Positions 40,520-55,408 are shown, numbered from the stretch's first letter. The stretch is DNA of 64,000 bases from Octopus vulgaris (GCA_951406725.2 OX597814.1:212598001-212662000), one strand, 5' to 3'. Notes: generated from the letters alone by a model not told the origin. A program made the numbers and translations.

Positions 40520-41024
40520 GCAACACACACATGGACACACGTACATACGTAAGCCTATTGCATACATGTTTTTTGTACGCATACATGTTCGTGTGTGTAT
40601 GAGTGTGTGTGTGCGCGCGTGCGTGCGTGTTTGCGTCTGTGTGTGTATGTGTGTGCGAGCTTGTGTGTGTGTGTGTGTGTGTGCGTGTGTGTGCGTGTGT
40701 GTGTGTGTGCGTGCGTTGCCTGTATATCAACAAAACACTTTCTTCCCCGATGGAAAAAAGCAACAAAAGTCTTAAGAATAACTTGCTCCTCGCTAGAAGG
40801 GGACTTAACTCCTTGAAAATCGTTAAAAATTTATTTTTACTGCTATTCGCTGGTGCCTGTGGGAAAACTAAGTTAACGAAATTACAGCTAGGTTCATGAC
40901 GAATGTCCTCCTAAAGTTAAAGATCATTTGGGATCATTAGTATATTATTATCACCCCTTCTTCCTAGCTCTTGTCCAACTACCTTTTTCCACCCAGTCGC
41001 CATGATAGACCGGTAAATCCACAA

Positions 41025-41185
41025 AGGTATTATTTCATTTCCTCGTATTCCTTTCTGTCGAAGAGCATAGGCTCGAAACGTAAAAGACTTTCTCACTCCC
41101 ACGAGTGTCAAAGTAATACTCCTGCTTGTTGTTTATACACCTGTGTCGGTCTTTTGTTTGTTTTCTGTAAATTTCAACTATGTAT
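41025..41185 (+). mobile_element. Repeat family E with HHR-like motif (41051-41086)
   Basis: CTTT CTGTCGA A GAGC-ATAG-GCTC GAAA CG TA AAAG; abuts (TA)n. Confidence 0.72.
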
Positions 41186-41189
41186 ATGA

Positions 41190-41221
<32 letters not shown>

Positions 41222-41239
41222 ATTTCATATATATATATT

Positions 41240-41288
<49 letters not shown>

Positions 41289-41393
41289 ATTTCATATATA
41301 TATATATGTATATAGAGAGAGAGCGCGACTGATGTAATATAGATATATAAGAATATATGTATATGTATATACAAGTATGTATGTATGTATATG

Positions 41394-41424
<31 letters not shown>

Positions 41425-42352
41425 GTAAAAGTACATATGTATGCTTGTATATGCGTGCATATGCTTGAATATGTGTGTATGTGTGTGTACATATATATAT
41501 ATACATCTGTATATATACATGCTTACTTGTGTGTGTGTGTGTGTGTGTGTTTGTGTGTTTATGTGTGTGTGTGTGTGCGTGTGTGTTTAGTTATTTGTGT
41601 CAGAAGTATTATAGTTCGAAATGACGACACAACATTTCACATGGCGTGTACTGTTTATAGCTTAATTTATTCATTCATTCATTCATTCATTCAATCGATC
41701 AATCAATCAACTTAATTTGCAATACTTCTATCAAGCACCAACACTTCCTTTTACAAAATTAATGGATGAATTCTATTTAACTCTTGAAACAGTAAATCCG
41801 ATATTGCAAGTTTATATTCATAAGCGTAGAACAACAGATGTATTATTTACAAATTTCTTAATCTGTGAATTGTGACTAGTTAAGAACTTCAGTTTTATTA
41901 CTATAAATTTTGATAACTCAGGAAAGCTACAGGGGATCCTTATTATTATACTCGAATCTCTGGCACGATAAGCTTTTGACAACTGACAACTAATTGGGTT
42001 AATACTACATTAGAACATTCAAGTTTTGCCATTGCTCGACATACATCGTAAGCGTGCGGACGATAAGCATTGCGACCAACTTATAGATTTGTATATAAAT
42101 ACAAATATATACATATATATATATAGAGAGAAAGAGATACATGTATATATATATATATATAAATATATATATATATATCATATATATGTGTGTTTGTCAA
42201 ATAGCGTTGAAAGACATACGCATATATTATTCATATATGCTTACATGAATAAGTGTGTATATATATATACGCACACACTTATAATATATATCATATATAT
42301 GAGTTTGTGTGTCAAAGAGCGTTTAAAGACATACGCTTATTTTATTCATATA

Positions 42353-42737
42353 CTAGCAGTATCGCCCGGCGTTGCTCAGGTTTGTAAGGGAAATAACTAT
42401 AAAGCATTTTTAGAGAGTTATAGCCAAATAATAGCAAAAAAATGGGAAAAAAATGATGGTAAATTTTTTTTGAGAGTTAAAAAAGGTGGAGTTGCGTCCC
42501 CTAGACGGTCTGTGGTTTGGGTTTCTGATTCTCGACCCCATGTCAAATTTATCGATTTTTTTCAGAACATGGGGAACTTTTCAAAATTGTCGCTGCGGTA
42601 GTTTTGAATTATGACATTGGGCTATGTGTGTGTCAAGTTTCATCAGAATCGGTTGAAAGCCGTGGTCAGAGTGAGGGTACGAGAAAACAGACACACAGAA
42701 ACACACACAGACAAACTGCCGTTTATATAGAGAGAGA
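42353..42737 (-). mobile_element. Non-autonomous Helitron, second copy
   Basis: Reverse complement of 11545-11930 with A|TC...hairpin...CTAG|T ends. Confidence 0.88.
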
Positions 42738-42992
42738 TACTTACACATAGAAAGACACGCGTACACACATATACGCACATACACACACATGTATAAAATC
42801 CTGATATTAACGATAATATAATTTTCATGCACACCTATCCATACACTAACGTACACCGACTCTTAAACCAACATATATACCCTTATGCACATCTAAGCAT
42901 ATAACCAATCAAACGGTTGTAAACATATTTACAAAATGCATTGCAGTTTTAAGGAAACGGGTGAAGAGAGAAATAACATTCATATTCGTGTC

Positions 42993-43386
42993 GTGGTAAG
43001 TAGCTTGCTAACCAGCCACATGGTTCCGGGTTCAGTCCCACTGCGTGGCACCTTGGGCAAGTGTCTTCTGCTATAGCCCCGGGCCGACCAATGCCTTGTG
43101 AGTGGATTTGGTAGACGGAAACTGAAAGAAGCCCGTCGTATATATGTATAAATATATATGTGTGTGTGTATGGCTGTGTGTCTGTGTTTGTCCCCGTAGC
43201 ATTGCTTGACATCCGATGCCGGTGTATTTACGTCCCCGTTACTTAGCGGTTCGGCAAAAGAGACCGATAGAATAAGTACTGGGCTTACAAAAGAATAAGT
43301 CCTGGGGTCGAGTTGCTTGATTAAAGGCGGTGCTCCAGCATGGCCGCAGTCAAATGACTGAAACAATTAAAAGAGATAAAAGAGAT
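42993..43386 (+). mobile_element. SINE family A (slightly 5'-truncated)
   Basis: Matches 4093-4508. Confidence 0.92.
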
Positions 43387-43662
43387 ATACAGTCGTACAT
43401 GTACAAACACACGGTCAAGCGCATTAAAGTACACACGGCAAAAATATTACTAGCACGTCCGTGCATGATCAACCCGAGCCTGTTTCACTGTACTACATTC
43501 CCAATTGACAACACATGTACATATACCACGTGTAAACACGACAAATGCTGTATATTTATGAGTGAGTGTGTCTTTGTCCGTGTGTGTATGTGTGTGTACC
43601 TGTGGGAAGGAGTGAAAACGTTCCATTAATCAGCTAAATAATGAATAAATTAATTAATGATA

Positions 43663-44061
43663 GGAGCAGGAGTTGCTGTGTGGTAAGTAGTTTGCTTAAC
43701 AACCACATGATTCCGGGTTCAGTCCTACTGCGTGGAACCTTGGGCAAGTGTATTCTACTATAGCCTCGGACCGACCAAAGCCTTGTGAGTAGATTTGGTA
43801 GACGGAAACTGAAAGAAGCCCGTCGTATTATGTATATGTATAAATATGTGTGTTTGTGTGTCTGTGTCCCATCAACATCACTTGACAACAGATGCTGGTG
43901 TGTTTACGTCAATGTAACTTAGCAGTTCGGCAAAAGACACCGATAGAATAAGTACTAGGCTTCCAAAGAATAATTCCTGGGGTCGATTTGCTCGACTAAA
44001 GGCGGTGCTCCAACATGGCCGCAGTCAAATGCCTGAAAAAAGTAATAGAGTAAAAGAGAGT
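43663..44061 (+). mobile_element. SINE family A
   Basis: Matches 4093-4508, more diverged. Confidence 0.9.
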
Positions 44062-45027
44062 ATACACTTGAAATATAGTGCTCATGATTCTCATTGGATA
44101 AACAACAATTTATCCTCCAATATATGAATTCATATAATGAATCTAGCAATCGCATCTCTCTCTTTTCCTGTCTTTCCTCCTTCCTGTCTTTCTTTCTCTT
44201 TCTATCCCTCTCTCTCACTCCCTCTCTCTCAATCCCACTCTCTCTCTCTCTCTGTCTCTCCAAACACACAAACAGAAACAAACACAGGCTGAAAATTCTA
44301 TCACTAAACGGTCACAACCAAAATAATTTCTCCAGAACCACATAAATGTGACCCATCTTTTGACATCAATATTGTCATTTCTTTTACATCGGCAAACGAT
44401 GTCAAACCCGAAATTTATTCATGCTACCTGGTAATTAACGGAGAGTACAATCAATTTCCGAACGACCCGTACGCTAGTTATACTTATGTTGGCACTAAAA
44501 AAAAAAAACAAATTGACTTACCTCATTCAAATAAACATAATGATTAAGATTTTATATGTCGTTAGTCACACATGGAAATTTAAAATATTCTATATAAAAT
44601 ATTTATTCACTTTCTAACCGGAACGAAACGATTAAATTTTAGACAAATATCAGCATATAAAAAATTTCAAACGTGAAGTACCATTAATCTTATTAACGAT
44701 AGATCCCAACGAGTAATATATATCGTAAATACGTAATGCTCTACTTTTCTTTACAACATCAAATCTCCAAACTGACAAACCTTATTCATAAAATTTACAC
44801 AACACAGAATCTAGTGATAATGTGAAAATAAAACTTACCCTATTCTGTAAACAACTGAAGCCCATTACTTTTTATACAAAAGATCACTTTCAAATAAAAT
44901 CAGTATTTACCGCCCTACGAGAAGGTGTTAGTACATTGTCATTCATCTTGGAAAACTATCAAACAACCCTTGTCAAACATGTTACGGTTATTTAGAATAT
45001 AAAAACACTATCTAATATGGATGAAGG

Positions 45028-45070
<43 letters not shown>

Positions 45071-45312
45071 CGTTAGAAAGCACATAGTGATTTATTGATG
45101 CGCATACATACATGCATACATGATGATGGCAGTCCACTCTTGAATCGAGAAAAAACCATCACTGACTTTTAAGAACATTGTGCGCTCAAGACTACCTTAT
45201 ACTTTACACTTTCTGCTCTGTTGGTGACTAACGATCCCTGCTTTTTGACAAACATACACGACCGCAAACATTACAGACCAAGTTTTCTCCATTCATTTCA
45301 CTAGCATTACAT

Positions 45313-45588
<276 letters not shown>

Positions 45589-47816
45589 CAACATTCTTAC
45601 AGCAGTTGAAGTAAACGATAAACTAGCAATCTGATATATATATGGATATGTCCAGATACAAAATATTTGCAATGCAATTATCAATATGTATATTTAAAAT
45701 GTTATTGAACTTTCATCTTCTCGTTTGTATGAGACACTATGAAGGTTTATTCAATGTGCCATACTATCTCCCCAAATTTTATCGTGCTGGATTATAATAC
45801 CGTAATATTCAACAGGTACCAGCCTTATTCAGATGGTAAATGATTGTTTAATATACTTGATGTTAACTACGATGCCAAATATTCTACAGATGCAACTTAA
45901 TTTCCAATTCAAAATATGCAGCTAAAAATAGGTGCACCTATTACGTTGCTAGGAAATGTTGATATATAGTGTCACTTAAAAGTCTAGCTTCCAAAACTAC
46001 AAAGCCATAAGCAACTGAAACGAACCTTACGACCATTTGAACCAAAATAGATGTTTTACGGGATGCAGTCAACACATCCCCTAAGATATATTATTTCAGT
46101 TCAACCGATAAGAATTTTCGGTGACTTATTTTTCTATGATCATCGAGGTATCCAAGAGGGAGTCCTTCAGGATTATTCGAGCTGAATTTAGAACAATATT
46201 TTTCTTTCTCACATTCAGTTTTATATATTATTTACAGATGTTAAACAGTTGAAATATTTTTTTAACAAATCATCAAATCGCTTTCAGTAATCTTCATATT
46301 ACCGTCATAAATATTACCTATTTTATAATACGAAACAATTTTGAAGTACAAGAAAATATATATTATAAAATATAAGAATATTTTAATAGTTACATATTAA
46401 AAGGAAGAATAAGCGCATGATATAAATAGTTTTACACCACAAAGTCTTGGAATACTTCAAATATCCGCATCACAATAAATATATGCAAATACTTCACATA
46501 AAAAATCATTGCAAATTAATTCTTCAATAAAGATTTTTTCCTACTTATTCGACAACTTGGCAACGCCGGGTACATCTAGAGTACGTATGAGTTCGTGTGT
46601 GTGTGTGCGTGCGTGTGCGTTTGTATTAGTATAGAATTTTGATGTTTCTAAATCAAATACTATATATTTACCAATATTTACGTCAAGTATTTTATCAATT
46701 CATTATTATGGCTATTCTCCACTAGTATGTTATGTTATGCATTATTTGCAGAAATTATACTCACGAGATAACTTTTAAATTGTTGTTCATAGAGATAAGC
46801 ATAAGCTGCACAAGGTATATCATTATTCCAACGAGAACTTCTAATGTGCACATTATTGCTGATTATAATATCAACACCGTGTCATAAAACTCTATAGTAA
46901 AATAATTGATTTCTTCATCCAATGCACTATTGAATTGTTCCCCTAATATTACTTCGTATAACAAGATTCCAAGTAATTGACATTCATGTAAGATATAAAA
47001 TTCTGGTTTTTAACTGCTAGAGGATTTAGCTAATGTAAAGTAAGGATTATGCGTTTACAAATTAAAATTAACTTTGCTTATCATTTATCAAATGAAATTT
47101 TAATTGGCTTCATCTTGGCACTAAAACAGCTCGTCAACTTGGTTGGCAAAAAAATTTACCTCTTGATTCATGTCGCTCTTATATCATATTTATATAAGTT
47201 TCTTGATATATCATAAAATTTTTTCCAGCTTGCAGTATTATTTCCTTTTATATTTATATGGTATTTATATTCAAATGAAAGAAGTAATATAGTTAAACTG
47301 TAATGGAATATCCTATAATTATTCATTTCATACCATATTCGTATTGCCAAGCTCATATTGGTAGTTGATGACTAGGATAGATATTCAATCCATTGTATGA
47401 GAATATATTACTTTTGCAGCTTCATTATTCTCTGAAAACTGAAATGCAATATTTATAATATTACGAACTCGGATGAATAAAAAAAAACTTGAAATTCATT
47501 TTCAACTTGGCGTCATTTCAACGTTTATTGCATCCATATATGTGAATGTGATTAGACGTAAGCGAACTTAAAATATATTTGTGGACCAGCTTCTAAAAGC
47601 AAGCTGACTGCAGTTGCTGTGGTGAAGAAGAAGAAAATTCTCCGTTAAAAAGCTGTAAAAACAGCATATCTACTCAATGTTGACCTGTATCGGATTCCCA
47701 AGCATCTTTTGGATTTTTCTTGTCCATTTTCTTATGTGTGTGTGTGTTGCATACATGGATGAATACATTTACAATGATATTTCACTCAATATTACTTTGC
47801 TTTACATATATATATG

Positions 47817-47996
47817 TTTCTTTATTACCCACAAGGGGCTAAACACAGAGGGGACAAACAAGGACAGACAAAGGGATTAAGTCGATTACATCGACCCCAG
47901 TGCGTAACTGGTACTTTATTTATCGACCCTGAAAGGATGAAAGGCAAAGTCAACCTCGGTGGAATTTGAACTCAGAACGTAACGACAGACGAAATT
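47817..47996 (-). mobile_element. SINE family C, 5'-truncated
   Basis: Reverse complement of the 53456-54073 units. Confidence 0.88.
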
Positions 47997-48106
47997 ACAT
48001 ATATATATATATATACGCGTGTGTGTGTGTGTGTGTGTGTGTGTGTCGTTTGTAGAAATACATGAACACGGAGAAGTACACCCTAAGATGCAAAGCAGTT
48101 GATATT

Positions 48107-48511
48107 ATAATGGGGAACGCCTGTTTATGAGGCTATCCTGATTTTCTCGCCCATTAGGGGTTTAGCCTTACGGCGTTTCTTCAGACCTGAAACACAGCTG
48201 GCCTAAGACCTCTTCAAAATATGGAGGGGGCAAATGACTCGCTATAAAGGTAAACACTGGGTGATTATTTCCATTTGTCATTGGCCATCGAGCTTCGGCT
48301 GCACCGCCATCTTTCGGTCACCGAATAACCGCAAGGTAAACGATTGTCTCGCTTCGGCCTTGGCAAAAGGAATTAATCACCTAGTCATTACCCCTCCATA
48401 TTTTGAAATGGTCTTATGCCAGCTATGTTCGAGGTCTGAAGATACGCCGTAAGGCTAACCCTTATGAGCGAGAAACCTAGAGTAATGCCATAAACCGGCC
48501 GCCCCCATTAT
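48107..48511. mobile_element. Diverged foldback/MITE-like element
   Basis: Left arm TTAGCCTTACGGCGT.TCTTCAGACCT...CAAAATATGGAGGGG pairs with right arm CCCCTCCATATTTTG...AGGTCTGAAGA.ACGCCGTAAGGCTAA. Confidence 0.75.
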
Positions 48512-48550
48512 TTCGTATGTCGTTGCGTATATTTCGTCTGTCGTTGCGTT

Positions 48551-48581
<31 letters not shown>

Positions 48582-48608
48582 TTAATCCCTTTGTATGTAT
48601 GTATAAAG

Positions 48609-48685
<77 letters not shown>

Positions 48686-48861
48686 CATAAGAACTCTCTC
48701 GTGCACCAAATGGCAATTGCTAAAAAGCATTCGTGAAGTAAAATCATGTAGCAACACCAAATAGCGGTGCCCCAGCATGGCCACAGGTCGTGAGCTGAAA
48801 CTAGATAAAATAAAATAAAATAAATAAATAGATATACATATATAAAAGAGAGTATGTATGT

Positions 48862-48893
<32 letters not shown>

Positions 48894-50142
48894 TGCTCAT
48901 GCATTCCAAAACCAAGTTGCCGACTTTGACGTATAGGGTGTCAAAAGTTTCAGTACTATTTCCGCTACCAACTAAACTTTATTTTCGTTGACATATTTCC
49001 ATTACAAAAATTCAAAATTATCTTTTCCATAACTCAACTGTCGTAAGCATTTTATACGATGACGACGTCACGTTTTCCATATGAGTGCGTACCTTGGAAG
49101 ACATCTATCATTACGATACACAAAATTGATGCTATAAGTTCTACAGGTGAAAGTAAAAGAAAGTGGCACAAAGAGAGGGGGAAGCGGGAGAGAAGGGGAC
49201 GCCGAGAACCCCACAAATGAAGTCGTGTCGTAGAATTTTAAGGTCATTTTCATTTTAGTCCTATGTTTCACACGTGCGTAGAATTAGGCATTATGTTTCT
49301 CTTTCAATTTCTCATTATATATTAAGGAGACCTGCTGTTAACACATTACAACTTCACCACATTTCCTTCGTTTGGAATTAAGAAGGGTATGCAAAAATAA
49401 CTTCCTTTAGCACACACACACATACACGCAGAGTTAAAGTTCTGTAAGAATTATGTTATTTTTTGCTGTGCGCCAAATAACAGCTCAAATCCTAAGGAAA
49501 TTACCTTTTTCTATTCGGTCACTCCTGTTTGTGATGAGCGTATTTCAAAACTTGATCTTCCATTTAAACTTACAAGGAAGTTATCTCAGAAATCCTGTCC
49601 TTTACCTGTTGTTTCTAGCATGTTTGAGATAACATTTGCGTACCCTTCCCACACATACACACTTATTTCTTTCCTCAATTTACTCACGTTCCTATGCTTT
49701 CCATAGAGGAGATTTGCATTGCGCCCAAAAGTGGGTAACTGATGGGTGTCCGAGGTGAGAGAAGAAGCATTCAATATTTCTTTCAGAAAATATTAAATTC
49801 TCGAAAACAAATTATATTTCCCACATTCGTAATCTCCCTATTTTTCCACGTGCATAAAAGCAAAATTTGAAAAACAGTTAGAAATTAGGAAATTTCGGTA
49901 GGAAGGGAAGAAATTATAATTTTGAAAGCAAGATTTCTGGGCAAAATCATATTAACCCCTTTTTATTCCATGAAACAGTATATGGTTTGTGATTCTTCTT
50001 AAGAACATAAATCACTTTCATGCAGCCATCTTACATGTTTTGGTTGTCAACAACTTCGGCATTCTTCATCCCAAAATGACCGAGAAACATGTCTACGAAG
50101 AAGATTTGTTTCCTTCACACGCTTGATGTGCCGTCATATAGA

Positions 50143-50171
50143 TGGAAGCACTCCGTCGGTTACGACGATGA

Positions 50172-50218
<47 letters not shown>

Positions 50219-50523
50219 CGTATATAGTGGCTGAGCACTCCACCGACACGACCATCTTAACGTAGTTCTCGGGGATCATTCAGCGTGACACAGAGAGTGA
50301 GCAAATGACGCCTTTGAGATACAGGTACAAGCAGAAACAGGAAGTAAGAGTGAGAGAAAATTATGGTGAAAGAGTACAGCAGGGATCACCACCATCCCTG
50401 CCGGAGCCTCGTGGAGCTTTAGGTGTTTTCGCTCAATAATCACACACAACGCCCGGTCTGGGAATCGAAACCGCGATCCTACGACCGCGAGTCCGCTGCC
50501 CTAACCACTAGGCCATTGCGCCT
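50143..50523 (-). mobile_element. SINE family B with an internal (TA)n replacing part of the tail
   Basis: Reverse complement of 16066-16452. Confidence 0.9.
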
Positions 50524-50567
<44 letters not shown>

Positions 50568-50568
50568 G

Positions 50569-50599
<31 letters not shown>

Positions 50600-51794
50600 T
50601 TATGTATGTATGTATGTATGTATGTATGTATAGTTAATTAGACAAACAGGGAGTGCGTGGCGCTGCACTGGATATTCCAAATGTTAAACAGAGAGAACAC
50701 AACGAAGTCTAAATTTAGACGAAAACTAGGCGAAAACATAGCGAACGGAAAAAAGGAGATAACAGCATGATACAAAGAACATTCGTAGCGGATTTTTCTC
50801 ATCAGTCGGTTTCTGAGATTCCTTCATGCTTTCGCACGCCTTAAAACCAAGACCACTGCTATCCCGGAGGCATGAGTGGCTTAAACTTCAGGAAATATCT
50901 AAAATAAAAATAGCATAAGCGTGTGCACCAAGAAAATAATGACGAAGATATAACAGATTAGGAATGTTACGATAATAAACGAAAAAGCCTTCCGGCTATA
51001 CAGTAGCAGAAAGAATAATTATACATAGGCAATTCTCACAGAAAACGCCTTTCGGCTATCAAAAGACAGTAGCAAGGTAGAGCAAAGAAGAGTTGGATAA
51101 AAGTCTTAGCAGACATTAGACACGCGTATGCAATTTGATCAGTGGTAGGTCATGGACACCGGCCATGTGGTAGGAGAGAGGGAGAATGGTAGAGGATGGA
51201 GAGACTAACTAATGAGAGAAGGAAGGGAAAGGGAGAGACAGGAACGGAGAAAAAAATGAGGAGGGACTGAAGAATGTGAGAGAGAATAACGAAGAAGAGA
51301 GGGAAAGAGAGAGACAGATTAATATATTCCAAATTTCATATAACAAAACTTAGCAGTTTTTGTTAATTTTCAGAAAACAATCCTGTTTACACGATTGCGT
51401 TTGGAGATGGAATTTTTGGAAAAAGAATGAGGATAGGTTGCTCTTTCTTGCTCAATAGTGCATACTTTTCAAAATAAGGAAGTTTATAAATGAGTGTGGC
51501 TGTACAAATAAATTCATTATCTGCATTATTAGGTTTTACATCTCTAAACTATTTAGTATAGACATTCTTTTTCCTACTAATCTGAATTAGAAATTCACAT
51601 TTCATAAGAATATTAACTTTTAGTGTTTTACTATTATCTTTTTCAAGAATTTAATAATATTTATCTTGAGCATGTCCTTCTAATACACTTGGTGTTTTAA
51701 TGCTTGAATATGCTCAAAAGTAGGACGAATTATTTGTATAAGTAGAAAGGAAGTCCTTACACGAGATGTTGTTTTTTTTAACATGATCCATTTT

Positions 51795-51891
51795 CATTAT
51801 TTACATTATTTACATTACCTACAATATCCGTCAAATGTAATTAATATAAAAAACGTACGTAATTCCTCATCTCTTAAATATAGAACTGTAA
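51795..51891 (+). mobile_element. Miniature copy of the 19290-22388 family (termini only)
   Basis: AATATCCGTCAAATGTAA...AATTCCTCATC.CTTAAATATAGAACTGT matches 22333-22389. TSD GATCCATTTT at 51785-51794 and 51892-51901. Confidence 0.78.
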
Positions 51892-52049
51892 GATCCATTT
51901 TTGTTATAACTGCTGACTAACTGACTTATAGCTTCTTTATATATATGATGAGGATAACATTCTCGGCTACATTTTGAGGGCTTCAGTTTCTTTTGTTTAT
52001 CATTACGGAATATGATATTGAAAGGTGACGTGGCGTGATGAATAGGTGT

Positions 52050-53020
52050 TCAAATGGTAATACATTTCTTGTTGATATACGAATCATGATAAAGTTGGGA
52101 GAAATATCCACAAACACAACCTGTTGACAGTATGCAGAATATTGACCAATCAGGTCTTTTTTTATAGGTTATCGACCGGATGGAGTGCCGTCAGGAGCTG
52201 AATGTTTCATGTGATGAACGTCAACAACTAATATAATAATAGACTCCTCATATTTGAACGCTGCTTTGGGGGCATTTTGTTTCTCGTTTTTGTGTAACAT
52301 ATCTTCTATGAATAAGGAAATAAAATATTCAATGTTTATCTGAACCGATCTTGAATCACTTCTAACGCTTCTGCTGATGATAGACTGTCGACATTACAGC
52401 TTGCAGAGAACTTATATTTAAAATTATTATGATACAGAATTTAATATGAATTAAGATTTCATCTTTTGTCCAGTATATAGTATCCCAAATCATGATACTT
52501 GTACGGATTCAGTACGTATATTTTCAGAAGTATTGTAAACAGATAGTCCGGCTGACATATTTTTTTTAAAATTATGGTATTCTATTATCTTGCCATTGTC
52601 TTTACTCTGATACCTATTGTACGTTTTCATAAATATCGTAATATATTTAGCATTCTTTATGTGGTGAAGTAGGGCGATAAAGTAGTTAAGGATGATATTT
52701 TCCTTTTGAAAATTCTATCACAGTATCATCTGCAAATGGCAAAGTATCCAGATGATTTTTGCATTATAGATACTGTGGGTGCAAATATTTATATTTGTAT
52801 CAAATGAATAAAGACTTACTTGTATATTTATTGTTGTAGGAGCTAGCTTATAAATTCTAATACATTGTAATCAAGTAACATTGGATTTCCTTGCAAGCAA
52901 CTAGGATAGCAGAATGTGATTCTAGCAATCATGAGTGGAAAACGGTATCAAGTATCTTTTAGAACTTCACCTTCTTGTGACATATCCAATTAAGCCCCTT
53001 GGGGTGCCCTTCTCATAGAA
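52050..53020 (-). pseudogene. Decayed LINE reverse transcriptase fragment
   Basis: Minus strand GTPQG-like (~52995-53012) followed by NHLDTLPFADDTV (~52719-52757); many stops. Confidence 0.55.
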
Positions 53021-53455
53021 ACTACAGGTAGAAATAATTAGAAGGGTGAAATTTTAATAGGTGATTAAACTTGTTTTACTAATGATAATACTGACGGTAA
53101 AATATATTGTATTCCTATTTGATTATTTTTTACTATGATCTTTTATAACAAATTCTTATTATTATCGCAATTACTCGCAATCAGAAAACAAGCCAGTGTT
53201 TACCTCAGAAATAACGCATGTTGATCGGAATTTCACAGCATAATTTAATTTAGTTAACCAATATGCGTATATGTGTATATTTATATATCTCTGCATATTT
53301 GTTTTAATGCTACGTCTCTCGAGAACGCTACTAGTTATATGTAACACAATCTAATTGTCAACGGTCATCCAGTATCATGAATATATTCATGTATGTATGT
53401 GTCGTTGTGTGTGCATTTCCATGTGTATGGAAATGCGTATGGCAAGATACACGTT

Positions 53456-54073
53456 AGGCTGCGAGCTGACAGAAAATTTAGCACGCTGCGCGAAATGCTT
53501 AGCACTATTTCGTCTGCCGTTACGTGCTTAGTTCAAATTCCGCCGAGGTCGACTTTGCTTTTCATCATTTCGGGGTCGATAAATTAAAGTACCAGTTACG
53601 CACTGGGGTCGATGTAATCGACTTAATCCGTTTGTCTGTCCTTGTTTGTCCTCTCTGTGTTTAGCCCCTTGTGGGTAGTACAGAAATAGGTATTTCGTCT
53701 GTCGCTATGTTCTGAGTTCAAATTCCGCCGAGGTCGACTTTGCCTTTCATCCTTTCGGGGTCGATAAAATAAGTACCAGTTACGCACTGGGGTCGATATA
53801 ATCGACTTAATCCGTTTGTCTGTCCTTGTTTATCCTCTCCATGTTTAGCTCCTTGTGGGCAGTAACGAAATAAGAGATTTTAGCACGCCGGGCGAGGTGT
53901 TTAGAGCTATGTCATCTGCCGCTACGTTCTGAGTTCAAATTTCGCTGAGGTCGACTTTGCCTTTCATCATTTCGGGGTCGATAAATTAACTACCAGTTAC
54001 GCGCTGGGTCGATGTAATCGACTTAATCCCTTTGTCTGTCCTTGTTTGATTCCTCTGTGTGCAATAAAGAAAT
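53456..54073 (+). mobile_element. Head-to-tail trimer of SINE family C inside one TSD
   Basis: Three units (~53456, ~53689, ~53873). TSD AAGATACA(C/T)GTT at 53444-53455 and 54074-54085. Confidence 0.88.
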
Positions 54074-54792
54074 AAGATACATGTTGCTGAAGTTTATGTT
54101 GATTGTCTCTACTCGAACAGTATCAGATATTTATAATATAACACCAAGTCCTACAAATGTCTGTTACCATAAAAAGTGATATGTTGATACTTTCTGACCC
54201 CACGTTTCTCCAACATAAAATTAAAACTCGAACTTCTTAGATCATGAAATAGTTGTTGTCCCATTGATGTATTGTCGCATTAACGACAAGGAAATGCTGC
54301 TACTTCTGCATTTTCGCGTTGAAAGGAGGACATAGAATAGAATGTGTAGTATTGTCGGGTTAACTAGCATTTCTCCAGTCACAAGCGCATCTGCATAACC
54401 TTCCGTCGGTTTCCAAGAACTAGAGTTTTTCACTTCTCCCGCTGGTATATGTCTTCGATATCGTGAGACTTCATGATCGTGCAATGACTCAGGAAAATAG
54501 TCTAATAAAGAAGCATAAAATCCCACGACAGAAAAAGAAGGATTTCCTATCCGCGTGGAACACGAACCCACATCCCTTTGTTAACGCGACTAAGTGTGTT
54601 ACCTTTACACGCGGATAGGAAAGCCTTCTTTTTTCTGTGGTAGGCTTATATGCTCCTTTATTTTCCTTAGTCATTGCACGGTGTTCCCCATAAGTTCTAA
54701 GCTTATATAAATATACCATTATTATTATTTACAGGATTGTAAAACACGGCACCATGCATTAAAACCATTCGCACTGAAAGCATATATGTTTA

Positions 54793-54829
<37 letters not shown>

Positions 54830-55049
54830 CTGTGTGTGTGTTTATACATTTCAACCGGAGTTCTCAAGTTTTCCACTGATTTTCCTGAAATTTTAAACAC
54901 ATATGAAATATGCGTTAAGGATAGGTTGAGACTAATAATTTTTTATCTAGGCCACTCAAGCAAAGCGTATGATGATTTTTGATCAGCCGATTAACGAAAT
55001 TAGACCAAAATTGTTGTGGGGTTAAAATCTTCATCAATTGTTTCGTATA

Positions 55050-55121
<72 letters not shown>

Positions 55122-55127
55122 TAGACA

Positions 55128-55367
55128 AATGAATTATCTTATTACGGATAATTCGAAAGATAACCGAGACCTGGGTAGCAAACTCACAACAGAAAAAGCA
55201 CGGTTGAAGTTACGACCATAGGGCATAAACTCCGTGCCTTAGTGCGGAAATTTGAAGTTTAATATATTAATTATAGGAAAGAATGGAGCTAACGAAGATT
55301 TAACAAAATTCCTTATAAAGGAATTTTGTTAAATCTTCGTTCAGCTCCATTCTTTCCTATAATTAAT

Positions 55368-55370
<3 letters not shown>
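55128..55370. repeat. (TA)n-flanked element ending in a near-perfect 108-bp palindrome (55263-55370)
   Basis: TATATTAATTATAGGAAAGAATGGAGCT...AGCTCCATTCTTTCCTATAATTAATATA. Confidence 0.85.

Positions 55371-55408
<38 letters not shown>

Noticed and set aside
46553-46590. GCAACGCCGGG...CTAG resembling a Helitron 3' end
   Set aside because: The hairpin is broken, CTAG is not followed by T, and no matching body is visible.
53456-54073. Regularly recurring repeats that might suggest a CRISPR array
   Set aside because: The units are ~200-bp SINE copies with no unique spacers and no cas genes, in eukaryotic context.
54242-54719. Non-repetitive ORFs of 109 and 76 aa
   Set aside because: No recognisable domain or splice structure; the lengths are compatible with chance.
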